A DNA stretch of 64,000 nt from Gekko japonicus (taxonomy: Eukaryota). Positions 13,546 to 25,086 of this stretch are shown one piece after another. The notes beneath the pieces are model-generated. The model saw nothing but the letters and a program-made list of their open reading frames with translations. It searched no databases and was not told the origin of the DNA. The DNA lies in NCBI RefSeq assembly GCF_001447785.1, contig NW_015167060.1:1367473-1431472 (forward strand), read 5' to 3'. Position numbers and translations under genes: made by a program. Each line of letters opens with the position of its first letter. Position 1 is the stretch's first letter.

Positions 13546-14642
13546 GTAACTTCCCACTTTCCCTTATACCATGGTCCCAATCCATAATGAATCCCCCACA
13601 TGCCTGTTAATTGAAAGTCAAACATAATCTAGGTGCTCTGGACACAAAACTCCCATCATCTGGTTTGGCCTGGAGGGATGTGGGAACACGGGTAGAAAAA
13701 AGGAACAATTGGAGCAAAACTGGGAAGCAGAACTAGAAACCAACACTGTCGGCAGGGAGAAAGTGGGCAGACAAAGGAAGGTTGGAGAGTTGGGGACTTG
13801 AGCCAGGGAGCATGTGGGAACTAGGCCTAAGGCCCTGAGTGGAGCAGCATTGTGACCTGGCAACCCTAGAAAGGCAACATGGGCCAAAAAAAGGAGGAGA
13901 AGAAGAGAGGCTGACCATGCCATTATCTGTGCTAGTCATCTGAGGCTTATCAGTGCTTTGAAAAAACACAAAATGAATCAAATATTCTAGTCTAAAGAAA
14001 GCTTCCCTTTATAGTCACCTGGAGGAGTTTCTTACCTCAGGTGACCAGCAGCATGCTGGTTTACAAACCTCCCTTATGTACTTCACTTATACCCGACCTT
14101 TCTCCCCAAAGGGGACCCAAAGCCGCTTACATCATTCCCCTCTTCCTATCCTCCATTTTATCCTGATAACAACCCTGTGAGGTAGGTTAGGCTGAGAGAG
14201 TCTGACTGGCCCAGCAAGCTTCCATGGCAGAGTAGGGATTCGACCCTGGGGTTACTGGTTCCTAGTCTGACACTCTAGCTACTACACCACACTACCTCTC
14301 TCTCTGTGAATGTTTACACCCTGTTTTTCCATGGTAAAACTCCTCAAGGTAGTTTGCAATCTTTGGGGAAAAAATGGCTAAAACTTGAATAAAAACAGTC
14401 AACAATAAAAATTCAAACTTTTAGCACTACAAGCAACAATAAAAACCCATAAAAGTTAGTTACTATGAAAACCTCAAGGGAACAGGATGGACTTCGCTGG
14501 GCACCTCAGTGATACTAGCAATGGTTCCTCACAAATCTGCCTGGGGAAGGATTTCAAAAGCTGGGATACCAACACAGAAAAGGCCCTCACTCCAGCAGCT
14601 ACCTTTCCTGCTTCTGAAGGCACCTGGAGAAGGTCTCAAGAC

Positions 14643-14849
14643 CAGTGTTCCCTCTAAGCTGAGTTAGTGTGAGCCAGCTCACAGTTTTTTAGCCTCCGGC
14701 TCACACATTTTTTGTCTCAGCTCAGGAAGGATGGCTCCAGAGCAAACTAACTTATGCAGGAGCCAAATCGCTCCCTCACAACTTTAATGCCAGCAGCTCA
14801 GAAAGTAGAACTGTTGCTCACAAGACTCCACAGCTTAGAGGGAACGCTG
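14643..14849 (+). mobile_element. hAT MITE (CAGTGTTCCCTCTAAGCTG family)
   Basis: TIR of about 19 bp; 8-bp TSD CTCAAGAC. Confidence 0.9.
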
Positions 14850-14889
14850 CTCAAGACAGGTTGGGGTTTTTTTTGGGGGGGAGGTGGTT

Positions 14890-15105
14890 TTTCAAGTGTG
14901 TGCATGTGCACCTGGAAGTCATGGTGACCTCTGGTGACTGACCCCTACTGGGGGCCTGGAGGATATTCAGAGAGGTGATTGAATAAAGCCGGCCCCCACC
15001 TTCCAACTGCTGGTATTCCTGTGGAGGTCTCCCATCCAAGTACTTGCCAGAGTCGGCCCCGCTTAACTTCCGAGATCGGGCTTGCCTGGGCTACCCAGGC
15101 CAGGG
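14890..15105 (-). mobile_element. 5S-derived SINE
   Basis: Minus strand has GATCTCGGAAGTTAAGC..AGTACTTGGATGGGAGACC, matching 5S rRNA boxes A and C. Confidence 0.75.
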
Positions 15106-15139
15106 CATTCTCAGGCAGGTTTGTATGGGAGAAAGTGGT

Positions 15140-15330
15140 TGTTTAGATCGAGGCCATTCGCTGTAGTGAGCCTCTGACAGCACAAGTGACGAGCAACGCA
15201 AGCCCCAGCACTTGCGACAGTGGCATCGGTTTGTCAACTTCTATTTTAAACGCGTCATTTTGTGTTTTCGTCAGCTGTGTGCGTTCCCCCTGATGTGCTG
15301 CTGAAGTGCTGCTGTGCTTATCCAGCACCA
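15140..15330. promoter_or_regulatory. Candidate CNE/enhancer
   Basis: Unique CpG-retaining block with TGACAG (TALE) and CAGCTG E-box motifs; conservation not tested. Confidence 0.35.
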
Positions 15331-17271
15331 GTTTTTTAAAAAGTAAAAACAGTGGAAAAAAAGAACGCTGCCCCTTGCGCCCCCCCCCCCCACTGCCATT
15401 TCAGGAACCTTTACACAAAGCTATTTTTTTTCTAGTTTCCTTGCTGCCTGTGCGCTCCCCTGCTGTGCAAAGCCGGCTCTGGAGAGCTACTTAACAAAAA
15501 CAAGAGGCAAACTGCGGCAAGGATACTGCCCTGATCTATTATGTGGGGTTGAATTGTCATGCAACGGGGGTTGGACCAGGGCTGACGCAAATATGTAGTG
15601 CTAGGCATAAACCTCCATTTTTGTATATTCTGGAAAGGCTCTGGGTTTTCATAGCCTAACAGAAATGTTTGCACCCCAATCCTTTTCACTCACAAGATGA
15701 GAATCTCCACAGATTCTCCTTCCTTGGCTGTTACAGAAACAGAATATCAAATTGTTTGCTATCATCTTAGTCAATTCAATAGTTCAGTGACTATCCCAAG
15801 AACTGTTTCCTGGGGGTAAGGCTCACTGAACATACGAGAGTAGGATTCTGTGTAAGTGACCCTAAGCAGGTCTACTCAGAATCCTGTTCAGGTCTGTTTC
15901 TTCCAGGAAAGAGTTCTTAGGACTGCACTGAAACAGTAACAGTGCAGTCCTAGCCAGCATTATACCCCTGAAAGTCCATTGACTTCAATATGGACTGTTT
16001 AGGATTCCACTGCAATTTGCCAACCAATCCCACTTACTGCTGGCTATGCAGGCCCAGAGGTTTGCCATATGAATGTTCCAGGCAACAGTTGTTTTTAGAG
16101 TAATTACTGAATTCTGAGCAAAGTAGAATTTGGGGCAAAATCTGGGCTTGTGTCACCACGTTTCCTTTTAAAAATATTACCCAGGATCCGGGCATGGGCC
16201 CTGATGGCTGAGACATATACCATGTTGTTCTCACTCTTGCTTATTTCTCACATACTCTTCACATGCCCTTTGAACAGGAAAAAAAGAGAGTAATGGCATG
16301 ATTCCACCAGGAGTGGAGGGGTGTGGTCTTTGTACTCTCCTTCCCCCCCCCAGAGTAGCTCCAAAACTAGGACAACAATGACACATATTATGTAAAGCAG
16401 CCAAATGAACTAGATCTCATAAATGAAACATAATTTGTAGAATTTATTCCCATTAAAGAATTTAGTACAAAATTAGGGAACCCCCAGGTGATAATACTCC
16501 GCTGAATTCGTAGCTGATAATGCTTCATTTTACCATGGCTAGATTTACCTACCCTCTGGTACTTAAGCAGTAAAAAAACTGCAGTATGCACACCTGCCAA
16601 CCTCCTAATCTCAGTAACACATCTCCATGGCATTACTGGAGAATGGTATTGCCCATACCCCCCCACACACACCCCTCAATCAGTGGCAGGGTGACATCTG
16701 GCATGTCTCTCATTCCACCCCGGTTATCCAAGCTGAACCCATGGAATTGTGAAGTGGAATTAAGCTGGGGATGCTTTAGCCCAACCACCTTTTTCCTTCT
16801 GAGGGCAGACTCAGAGCTTCATCGCACCTGACAGGATTTCCCATAGAGTGCAATGAATGGTTCAGTTCATAGCATGTAAGCAGATCCCCACAATCCAACA
16901 CAGATCAATCTCTCTACTACATTTTTATCCTGATCTCCCTCCAAATATCTCAGGGTGGCACACATGGATCTCCCTTCCTCACTCTGCCCTCACAACATCC
17001 CTGTAAGGTAGGTTAGGTTGAGAGAGGGGCCCCCCCAAAATGACCCAGCCAGCTTCCATGACAGTGAGGATTTGAACTCAGTTCTCCCTGGTTCTAGTCC
17101 AGCACTATGCTACACTGGATCTAATGAATGGTTCCTCCACTCAGAGACTTATAATATTTACAAGTACACTAAGAACCTATCCTATCCCATTTATTGTACA
17201 CCGATTAGTCCAAAAAGAACCTCCCCATGCATGTTCTGTGAGTTCATATACTCACTGCTGAATGCAAAGTA

Positions 17272-17627
17272 AAAGGTAAAGGTAAAGGTTCCCTTGCTCG
17301 AAAGCCAGTCGAACCCGACTCTAGGGTTGCGGTGCTCATCTCCGTTTCAAAGCCAAAGAGCCAGCGCAGTCTGAAGACGTTTCCGTGGTCATGTGGCCGG
17401 CATGACTAAACACCAAGGCGCACGGAACGCTGTTACCTTCCCACTGAAGTGGTACCTATTTATCTACTTGCAATTTCTTGCTTTCGAACTGCTAGGTTGG
17501 CAGGAGCTGGAACTAGAGATGGGAGCTCACTTCATCATGCGGCACACCCGGGTCTCGAACTGCTGAACTACTGACCTTCCACAGTCTGCAGTTCAGCATC
17601 TTAACCACTCGAGCCACCGCAGCTCCA
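17272..17627 (-). mobile_element. Sauria SINE, full length
   Basis: (ACCTTT)n tail, GGTCATGTGGCCGGCATGACT core; TSD AATGCAAAGTA at 17261-17271 and 17628-17638. Confidence 0.9.
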
Positions 17628-17889
17628 AATGCAAAGTACTTATATACATATGCCTGCCACCCCTACTCACATTTAAACTAAGGTCCAAGGCAATATGTGC
17701 AACCTAAGATTAACTTGGTGAAAGGTGGGCATGGCCTAAGGTTGCCCCAGCAGCAATACCACTAAGGTCGGTGGGGGGTTCCCCTGGATCTGGATCAGGA
17801 CAGTGAAGCACACCCCCCCCCCCGCAGCAAACTGGCCTGATAGTCTCCATCCCCACAAAACTGGTGAAGTCCCTTGTGGCAGGCTCCCA

Positions 17890-18230
17890 CCTGATGGCTC
17901 TAATTAGCCCTCAACCCATTTAATTGCCCGCTGTCCCTGTAATTACCATCTTGTTTCTCTCAATGAGCACAACGGGAGCTTGGGGGCTGCTTTGATTTTG
18001 TGTTTCCCTGTCAGCTCATTATCTTCCCAACCCCTTTAATAGCTGGGGATGTGGCTGGGGGTGGGAGAAGGAGGGGCGGAGTGCACGGAGGAGGAGGCGT
18101 CGGCTGGGAGCAAAGTGAATCCCTTCCTCCTGCCAGGTGGCAGCAACTTCAAGGAGCTGCCGCCTTTAATTACCCTAATGGCTGTAATAGGGAACCAGTC
18201 TGTTTGCACCATTCAGTGCTGGTGTGGAAA
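17890..18230. promoter_or_regulatory. Candidate CNE/enhancer
   Basis: Clustered CTAATTAG, TTTAATTG, GTAATTAC and TTTAATTA homeodomain motifs in unique sequence. Confidence 0.45.
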
Positions 18231-18362
18231 TGAGCATGTGGTGCACACACATACAGTCCAGCTCTTTCTTCTGCAAAGGAGTCTGCTGTCCAGTGAGGCA
18301 GGAGGAAAGCTAAGTTGGTTAAGTGGCAAAGGGGCCACTGAAGTAGCCCTGTGGAACATTAC

Positions 18363-18825
18363 TGTTGGGTATTACAAGTTGAAAACACTCAGTATATCTG
18401 GGGTTAAATGTTTGTTTATGTTACTCACAGGAAGTCACATGGTTCACATGGTTCTCATGTAACCAATGTTCTTTAGATGTGGAAAGCCCGGGGAATTTTC
18501 TCCCTGATCTAGGGATTTGATTGGGACTAAAGTGTCAAGGTATATTACCATTTTATGGCTTCTCTTCCCATCTTTGTTTTGGTGTTCTGAAGAAGAGAGC
18601 AGCCATAACTCTCTCTTCTAGTTTTGTCTTTGTAGTGTAAGGATGTAGCCGATTATGCTCTGTTGTTATTTTCATCCCAGTTACCCTTCCCATGCTAGAA
18701 TTTAGTAAAAACTTTATATTTTAATCACACATGGACTCTGTGTCTGAATTATTTTACTCTGGCTCTGCTGGACTATCTTATCTCTGCTAAATACCATTTT
18801 TTCAATATCTCACTATCACCCAACA
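18363..18825 (+). mobile_element. Solo LTR, family A
   Basis: TGTTGGGT...ACCCAACA termini; 5-bp TSD ATTAC. Confidence 0.9.
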
Positions 18826-18995
18826 ATTACACAGGAGTACCTATAGTATTTACATTCAGCATAGTAATCCTCATGAAAAAAGCAAATTCTATTATTGTTT
18901 CTTGTGGGGTTGTCAACTCTGGGCTGGGAAATACCTGGAGATATTAGGGGTGGAGCCTGGGGAGGACAGGGTTTGGAGAGGGGAGGGACCTCAGC

Positions 18996-19140
18996 AGAGC
19001 CAGTTTGGTGTAGTGGTTAAGAGCACAGACTCTAATCTGGGAGAACTGAGTTTGATTCCCCACTCCTCCACTTGCACCTGGCTGGATGACCTTGGGCAAG
19101 CCGTAGTTCTCAAAAGAGCTGTCTCAGCCCCACCTACATC
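18996..19140 (+). mobile_element. Squam3-like SINE, partial, inside a TAGGG-family MITE remnant
   Basis: Same head sequence as 750-1040. Confidence 0.7.
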
Positions 19141-19559
19141 CCAGTCTTCTTCTTCTTTGTCTTCGTTGTAGTCTCCTGGAGGTTGGTAATCCATCTTCTC
19201 ATGAGGTTTGGCATGGTGTCCAGTCCTGCCAATCAGCCACCACCACTCAGGTGAATTATTCAGCCTCCCTCTTTGCATCAGATGTGATTCAGTTATTTCT
19301 AACACAGAAATGGGGCAGAATTACCCAGTTTCCAGGAAAGTTGCCTGTTGTGTCTCTATGTAAATTACTGCTCTGGGCTTACCCCTTTCCAATCAGATGG
19401 TACAAGTCAAATACAGAACTTTGAGAATGACATCCACTTCCATGGGCAGGTAATTTTTATACACTGTACAAGTATACTTTTGGAATTACAAAAGTAGCAT
19501 GTTTGCAGTATTAATGGGGGGGGGGGGAGAAGAATCCTAGATTACTAAGCATCATCTTA

Positions 19560-20050
19560 GTTTGGTGGAATATGTTCCCACGTGAGATCAGGGCCCTACA
19601 GGACCTATTGCCATTCTGCAGGGCCTGTAAAATGGAGCTGTTCCGCCAGGCCCTTGGTTGAGGTGATGGGCATTCAGTGGAAAAAGTTGGCCTCCCCTGC
19701 TGAAGTCCACCATTGCTGTGTGGCCCAGTTCAAATAGACCTCAGGGACCCAATGACACCAGCTTAGGAGATTGTGGGCACAAACAGTGCAATCTGTTTAA
19801 AATTATTGTTCCTAACTGTTTTAATCTGATTATTGTACTGCCAAATGGCCTTGTGATCCAAGATCCAATGACACCAGCTTTGGAGATCGTGGGCACAAAC
19901 AAATAGTACAATCTGTTTTAAATTATTGTTCCTATCTGTTTGAATCTCATTATTAATGTATTGTACTGCCAAATGGCCTTGTGATCCACCCTGAGTCCAC
20001 TTGTGGGGAGGGTGGAATATAAATCTGAAAAATAAAATAAAAAATAAATA
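19560..20050 (+). mobile_element. L2 3' fragment with an internal tandem duplication of about 120 bp (about 19745-19860 and 19865-19988)
   Basis: L2 end motif GAGCTGTTCCGCCAGGCC; (AAAAT)n tail; repeated CCAATGACACCAGCTT...TGTGATCCA. Confidence 0.65.
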
Positions 20051-20794
20051 AAACAGTACTAAGTCAGTCACTTTCTCTATGCCTCACCTGCCTCACAGGG
20101 TTGTTGTGAGGATAAAATGAGAAAGTAAGAACTGTGGTACACTGCTCTGAGCTCCTTGGAGAAAGGGTGAGCTAGAAATGTATTTGATAGAGAGCATTCA
20201 CACGGTACTTTTAGACTGCTTATAAATATGGTAGTCCTTACAACAGCCCTGAAATATGGGTCCATATTATTATTCCCATATTACGCATGATGGAGCTGAT
20301 GCTGCCTAGTGAGTTCAAGGGACAAAGAGGTGGAACGGGGTCCTAAATCACGTCGAGGCAGGCTTGCTCCAGCACAGTTGCCTTGATGGATCCCAGGCAA
20401 CATACGCTGGGACAGCACACACCCCAGGCTTCCCAATACTAAATGGCTGGCACCCGCAAGGGTAGCCTACATGCTAGCAGCAGTTGTGGGGCTGGCGGGG
20501 GAGAACAGCTCTGATTGCTGTATGGCCACCCTCTTGCCTTTGCTGCCCCATTCACCTGCTTCAGGATCGTCATGGAAACAGGCTCCACGCTTTTGAAGTC
20601 ACCTAGGTGATGGATCGGAGCTATATTTCCCAGACATGAGGCAGAAAGCGGGAGTAGGGGGTGAGGCTTGCCGGAGGACTAGGTGGACGGGAGGCCAGGA
20701 GCCAGACAGCAGGCAGGCAGGCAGCCATCACCCCGTGGAAAAAGATGCCAGCAGCTCCCACCAAGACCCCGCAAGGAGGTGCCTGCAGCTGTGC

Positions 20795-21015
20795 CCGGCC
20801 AGTATTTATGAGCATCGAGCTGCAGTATATAACCATGGGGATGGGGCTGATTGAGCAGCCTGTTATCTCAGCAGCTAAATGGGTAATTGGGAGCAGGAGA
20901 CGCTATCGGCGGCGATAAATCCCCCAGCAAAGCCAGTGCATTAACCAGGGCTTTAGTATCAATTATCCCTCCCAGCAGCATTGAACGGAGAAAGTGATGT
21001 CTTTAAACATTGCAG
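20795..21015. promoter_or_regulatory. Candidate CNE/enhancer
   Basis: TTTATG, TAATTG and GATAA motifs with retained CpGs in unique sequence. Confidence 0.45.
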
Positions 21016-21754
21016 GGGGTTCCAGCTGCCCCCGCCCCAAACCCCAAGCAAAGGAGACAGAAGCCAAAATGCCAGAAGTGTCTCCAAGACTTTGGGGCAG
21101 CATTATTACTATGGGACAGGAGGGCAACTAGGGGGGTGGGTTGAAAGTTAAAGAGCAGTCTTGGCTTGAAATGTACAAACTAATCGGATTTGTTGGGAGT
21201 GGAAGAAGCTGGAAATAGACTAGATTTTAGAAAACCCACTACACTGTTTTACAGCAGGAACGTAAAAACATATGCTATGATACAGGGACGAGTGCCTGGG
21301 AACATGTGCAAAAGACCTGTCCATAACCAGCGCGCAACCACATCCAGGGCCCCCCCCCCCATGTTGCAGAGTAGAAGGGAAGACTTCACAGTCGGAAGAT
21401 GCAATATCTAAAGAGGTCTCTGCCTTTCCGATTAGAAATTAAACTGTGCTCTATAAGCCGCATAAATGCAATCCAGTCCTCTCAGGGGCTGCAAATATTG
21501 TGCAAATTAGATACTACTGCTGAGTTTCAATTTGCTGTGTCTTTGCATCAAGTCAAAATCTGGGCCTGACAGTCAAGCTCTACCATCAAAGAACTAATCC
21601 ATGAAGCAACACCAGGGCTTATCTCAGGGCATTTCCACTCACTTTGTTCCTGTCGGCCAGCACAATGCTGGTGTACACCCCGCCCCCACACACACAGTGA
21701 TCCTGTTCCCAGGGAATGATGGATTCGGGCAACCCATGCCCTGGGTCTCTCTGT

Positions 21755-21850
21755 GTAGAAGGACAAGATTTTAGTCCAGTAGCACCTGAAAGATCAACAA
21801 GATTTGCAGGGTGTGAGCTTTCAAGTGTCAAAGCTCCCTTCATCTCGCTG
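21755..21850. mobile_element. Penelope-like terminal fragment
   Basis: GTCCAGTAGCACCT..AAGATCAACAAGATT..GAGCTTTC pattern; similar remnants at about 26005-26080, 48700-49150 and 63290-63480. Confidence 0.45.
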
Positions 21851-22125
21851 TTATTCTGTAGACTGACATGGCCGGCCATCTGAAATTTTCTTTGTAGAGG
21901 GGCATTGCCTCACGCCTCTTGGGACTTCAGTTACCTGACCTAATAATTAAGATGTAGGAGTGTTTCTTCTTACTCTTTAGTTGGTCCTGAGTTACACTTA
22001 TGTACTGGGGCGAAGGAAGAAGATTGACAAAGGACCTCTAAGTTAGGTTACTGTGAACACTGAAATGAACAAAAGATCCAAGACATGGCCCAGAAGACCA
22101 AAGAGAGAGGGAGGCTGTACACCAC

Positions 22126-22761
22126 TAGGGATGCCAGCCTCCAGGTGGGACCTGGGAATCCCCTGGAATTACAGCTCATTTCCAGAGTACAGAGATCAGT
22201 TCCCCTGGAGAAAATGGATGCTTTGGAGGGTGGTGTCAGAACCCACAGCCAACAACAGTGTACACGCTTTCAGGAAAGGTAATACTTTTATTGAAGAGCT
22301 ATAGATGCGTTAACAGTCACTGTTAAGAATGGGAGTTGCCCCTTGGACATAATAAGATATAGGGTATTCGTATGCACACCCCCACTGCGCTGGCCAATTA
22401 GGCACCCTCCTGCACGCGGGATGAAGCTAGCAAACGGTTTCTAGCCGAAGCTGGGAACTCGCCTTCTCCCACGGCTCCCTGGAAAAAAGCAGACAACACA
22501 ACTCCCACCTGCACATCGTTACAGATAAGCATGTCAGCGCAAAGCACAAAAAGGAATGCAATAGCAATTACACTGACTCTGCCTGACCATCCCAACCCCC
22601 ATGGCAGCATAGCTGACAGGTGGACTCTATGGCATTGGGCCCCACTGAGGTCCCTGCCCTCCCAAGGCTCCATCCCCATACCTCCAGGAGTTTCCCAACC
22701 TGGATCTGGCAACGCTACCCCCCATCCCCAGCCAGTAGCCAGGGAGGACGTGGCAACTCTA
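22126..22761. mobile_element. TAGGG-family hAT MITE hosting a solo LTR
   Basis: Termini TAGGGATGCC / GGCAACTCTA; near-TSD TACACCAC / TACACTAC. Confidence 0.75.
22234..22618 (-). mobile_element. Solo LTR, family B
   Basis: TGTCAG...CTGACA termini; 5-bp TSD GGTGG; AATAAA on the minus strand. Confidence 0.8.
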
Positions 22762-22790
22762 TACACTACAGTAATGAACTGGGTGGAAAT

Positions 22791-23201
22791 CAGTGTTCCC
22801 TCTAAGCTGAGTTAGTGTGAGCTAGCTCACAGTTTTTTAGCCTCCTGCTCACAGATTTTTTTTATTTTCTATAATTTATTTATTTGACCTTACATTCATT
22901 CTTTAGATTCTCTTCTTGCCTCTTTGAACAAACCCAAAATAAATTTTGCTACTGGAACTGTAATAGCTGGATCATAACCACTGAGCAAAAATTGGAGCTT
23001 TCTTGCTACAGGCATGTCTATATTGGGAATTAACGGATCAATCACCTGTGTTCTTTTTTTTTTTTGTCTTCACTCAGGAAGGACAGCTCCAGAGCAGACT
23101 AACTTATGCAGCGGCCAAATCTCTTGCTCACAACTTTAATGCCAAGAGCACACAAAGTAGAATTTTGGCTCACTAGACTCCACAGCTTAGAGGGAACATT
23201 G
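22791..23201 (+). mobile_element. CAGTGTTCCCTCTAAG hAT MITE with a LINE tail inserted in its poly-T
   Basis: TIRs intact; TSD GTGGAAAT / GCGGAAAT; about 200 bp longer than sister copies. Confidence 0.85.
22856..23053 (-). mobile_element. 5'-truncated LINE 3' end (ORF2 C-terminus, possibly RTEX clade)
   Basis: Minus frame reads QVIDPLIPNIDMPVARKLQFLLSGYDPAITVPVAKFILGLFKEARRESKE*, followed by a (TAAA)/A-rich tail. Confidence 0.6.
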
Positions 23202-23929
23202 GCGGAAATGCTGTCCCACATCATGACAGTTGCTCCAGATCAGCAAGAAACTGAGGAAACAGTAATTGGTGGTGTTTAGGGGATGTCTCCCCATGTGAAC
23301 TTCATGTTTTTGACCAGATGGCATATCTGCTTCTTTTCTTTCTAGGCTGACATAAGCGAGGCCTGTCTTTTCCCAGTCACTCCGCCCTGTTGCAAAATCC
23401 TGAAGGTGTCAGGCATGTGTTCCCTGTCAGCACATTGCCACTAGGGTGGGGGAATGAAGGAGGGCTAGTGGGGCAGGGATGGAGGGAGGTGCCAGGAGCT
23501 GATTTTTGAGTCAGGAGCTAGCAGTAAGATTTATAGCCAAGAGTTCATTTCTAAAAGGGGAGATGCAGCACTCGGGCCTGGAATCATGTCCTGTGCCCTG
23601 GAAGCATTACAGCGCAACCCTCAGCACAGTTACACCCTTGAAGTTAATGTGTTTAGAAGGCTATACCTCTGTTCTGGCTAGCATGGCTAAGCTCAGATCT
23701 ACTGGAAAGCTGGTTGTGCATTTAAACAATCACTTCCTTATTTGTAGCAAGTAAAGGTTGCTTCCAGACAACCAGGCAAAGAAGCTTTTAGAAAATGAAA
23801 AATAGTTGGTTTGGGTCACACACACCCTTCAAGCTGTTAAGTGTCATAAATTACTAACATAGCTATGTTTGGGCAGGTAGGCTACCTGACTTTTGTGGAC
23901 TTATTTGGAAGACTGCCCTACTTGGTGGC

Positions 23930-24413
23930 TAGGGGTGCCAGCCTCCAGGTGGGCAGGGCTGGCTCACTCACTAGGCAAACTAGGCAATCACCTAGAGCAG
24001 GACGGCCCTTAGGGGTGCCAAACTGAACCCGGCCCCGTACTCTGGAAGTTTCTTGATTATTTGTGTTTTTCATTCTTCCTAAGATACATTTATTTTTGAA
24101 AATTGGTGGGCACACGGGGGGGAGGGGGGCACCAAAAGGGATCCTCGCCTAGGGTACAAAATAAGCTGGGGCTGGCCCTGCAGGTGGGACCCGGGGATCC
24201 CCTGGAACTACAGCTGATCTCCAAACTACAGAGATCAGTTCCCCTGGAGAACATGGATGCTTTGGAGGGTGGCATCTAGGGCACTGTACCCCACCGATGT
24301 CCCTATCCTCCTCCCCAGGCTCCACAGGAGTTTCCCAACCTGGATCTGGCAACCCTACCCCCCCACACACACCCCATCTCCCACTGGTGGCCAGAGGGGA
24401 CCTGGCAACCCTA
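23930..24413. mobile_element. TAGGG-family MITE with a nested CAGGGCTGGC MITE (23954-24180)
   Basis: Nested element has TIR CAGGGC/GCCCTG and 8-bp TSD CAGGTGGG. Confidence 0.8.
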
Positions 24414-24762
24414 CCTAGTGGTAAGGTACTGTGCTCCAAGATGGCTTATTTATTATTACTTTCATATGTTCCTAAAGTTTCACTCTGGCACTGATGACAG
24501 GTTCTGAAGCTCGAGTCCATTTCTTAACAAAAAGTTTGTAGTCAGGTAGAGTACCCAGGTAGAAATGTTATCTCTAAAGATAGCAGGAGTAAGAACACAT
24601 TGATAACGGATGACAGAGATGTATGTGTGTTATAACTCAATCAGCGAACAAATCTGTATTAGAAAGAGAGATTAAAATCGTTCGGCCAACTCAGAAAACT
24701 AACTCCTTTCTGTAAAGCTCACAGGTTGAAAAGGATGAAAGAGCGTTACTGAGCCAGGTCTA

Positions 24763-24792
24763 TCACACTTCAGCCTGATGGGAGAAGGTTGC
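24763..24792 (-). other. Candidate downstream exon start (phase 0 reads ATFSHQAEV*)
   Basis: Acceptor ctttccttttacag|GCAACC located 273 nt downstream of the microexon donor. Confidence 0.3.
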
Positions 24793-25065
24793 CTGTAAAA
24801 GGAAAGTGTAACAGAGGAACTTGATTACCAGAGGCTGAGGCCCCTTACACTCATTACTTTGTTTCGGTGTGTACTACTGAGATGTCTTAAGTGTAAATAT
24901 AAAAATGTATAGTGCGAATGTAACAAACACAGGGTTGGCAAATACAAATATCTGCCAGCTACACTTATCAAAGGGCCGGGACTGACGGCAGCTCCCTGAT
25001 GAGTGTAAAGCAAATCGAATTTGTTTTTGCATGTGGTGTGAAATGGCATTGCTGCCACCACTTAC

Positions 25066-25086
25066 CTTTTCTTTCGTATAAGAGGC
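25066..25086 (-). other. Candidate 21-nt microexon
   Basis: ttggttttacag|GCCTCTTATACGAAAGAAAAG|gtaagt: strong acceptor, consensus donor, length divisible by 3, embedded in unique CNE-like sequence. Confidence 0.5.

Noticed and set aside
12945-13625. 226-aa minus-strand ORF as a host gene
   Set aside because: It is the L2 ORF2 C-terminus, truncated and fused to flanking sequence.
25028-25033. RBFOX TGCATG motif regulating the microexon
   Set aside because: It is on the plus strand, whereas the candidate exon is on the minus strand.
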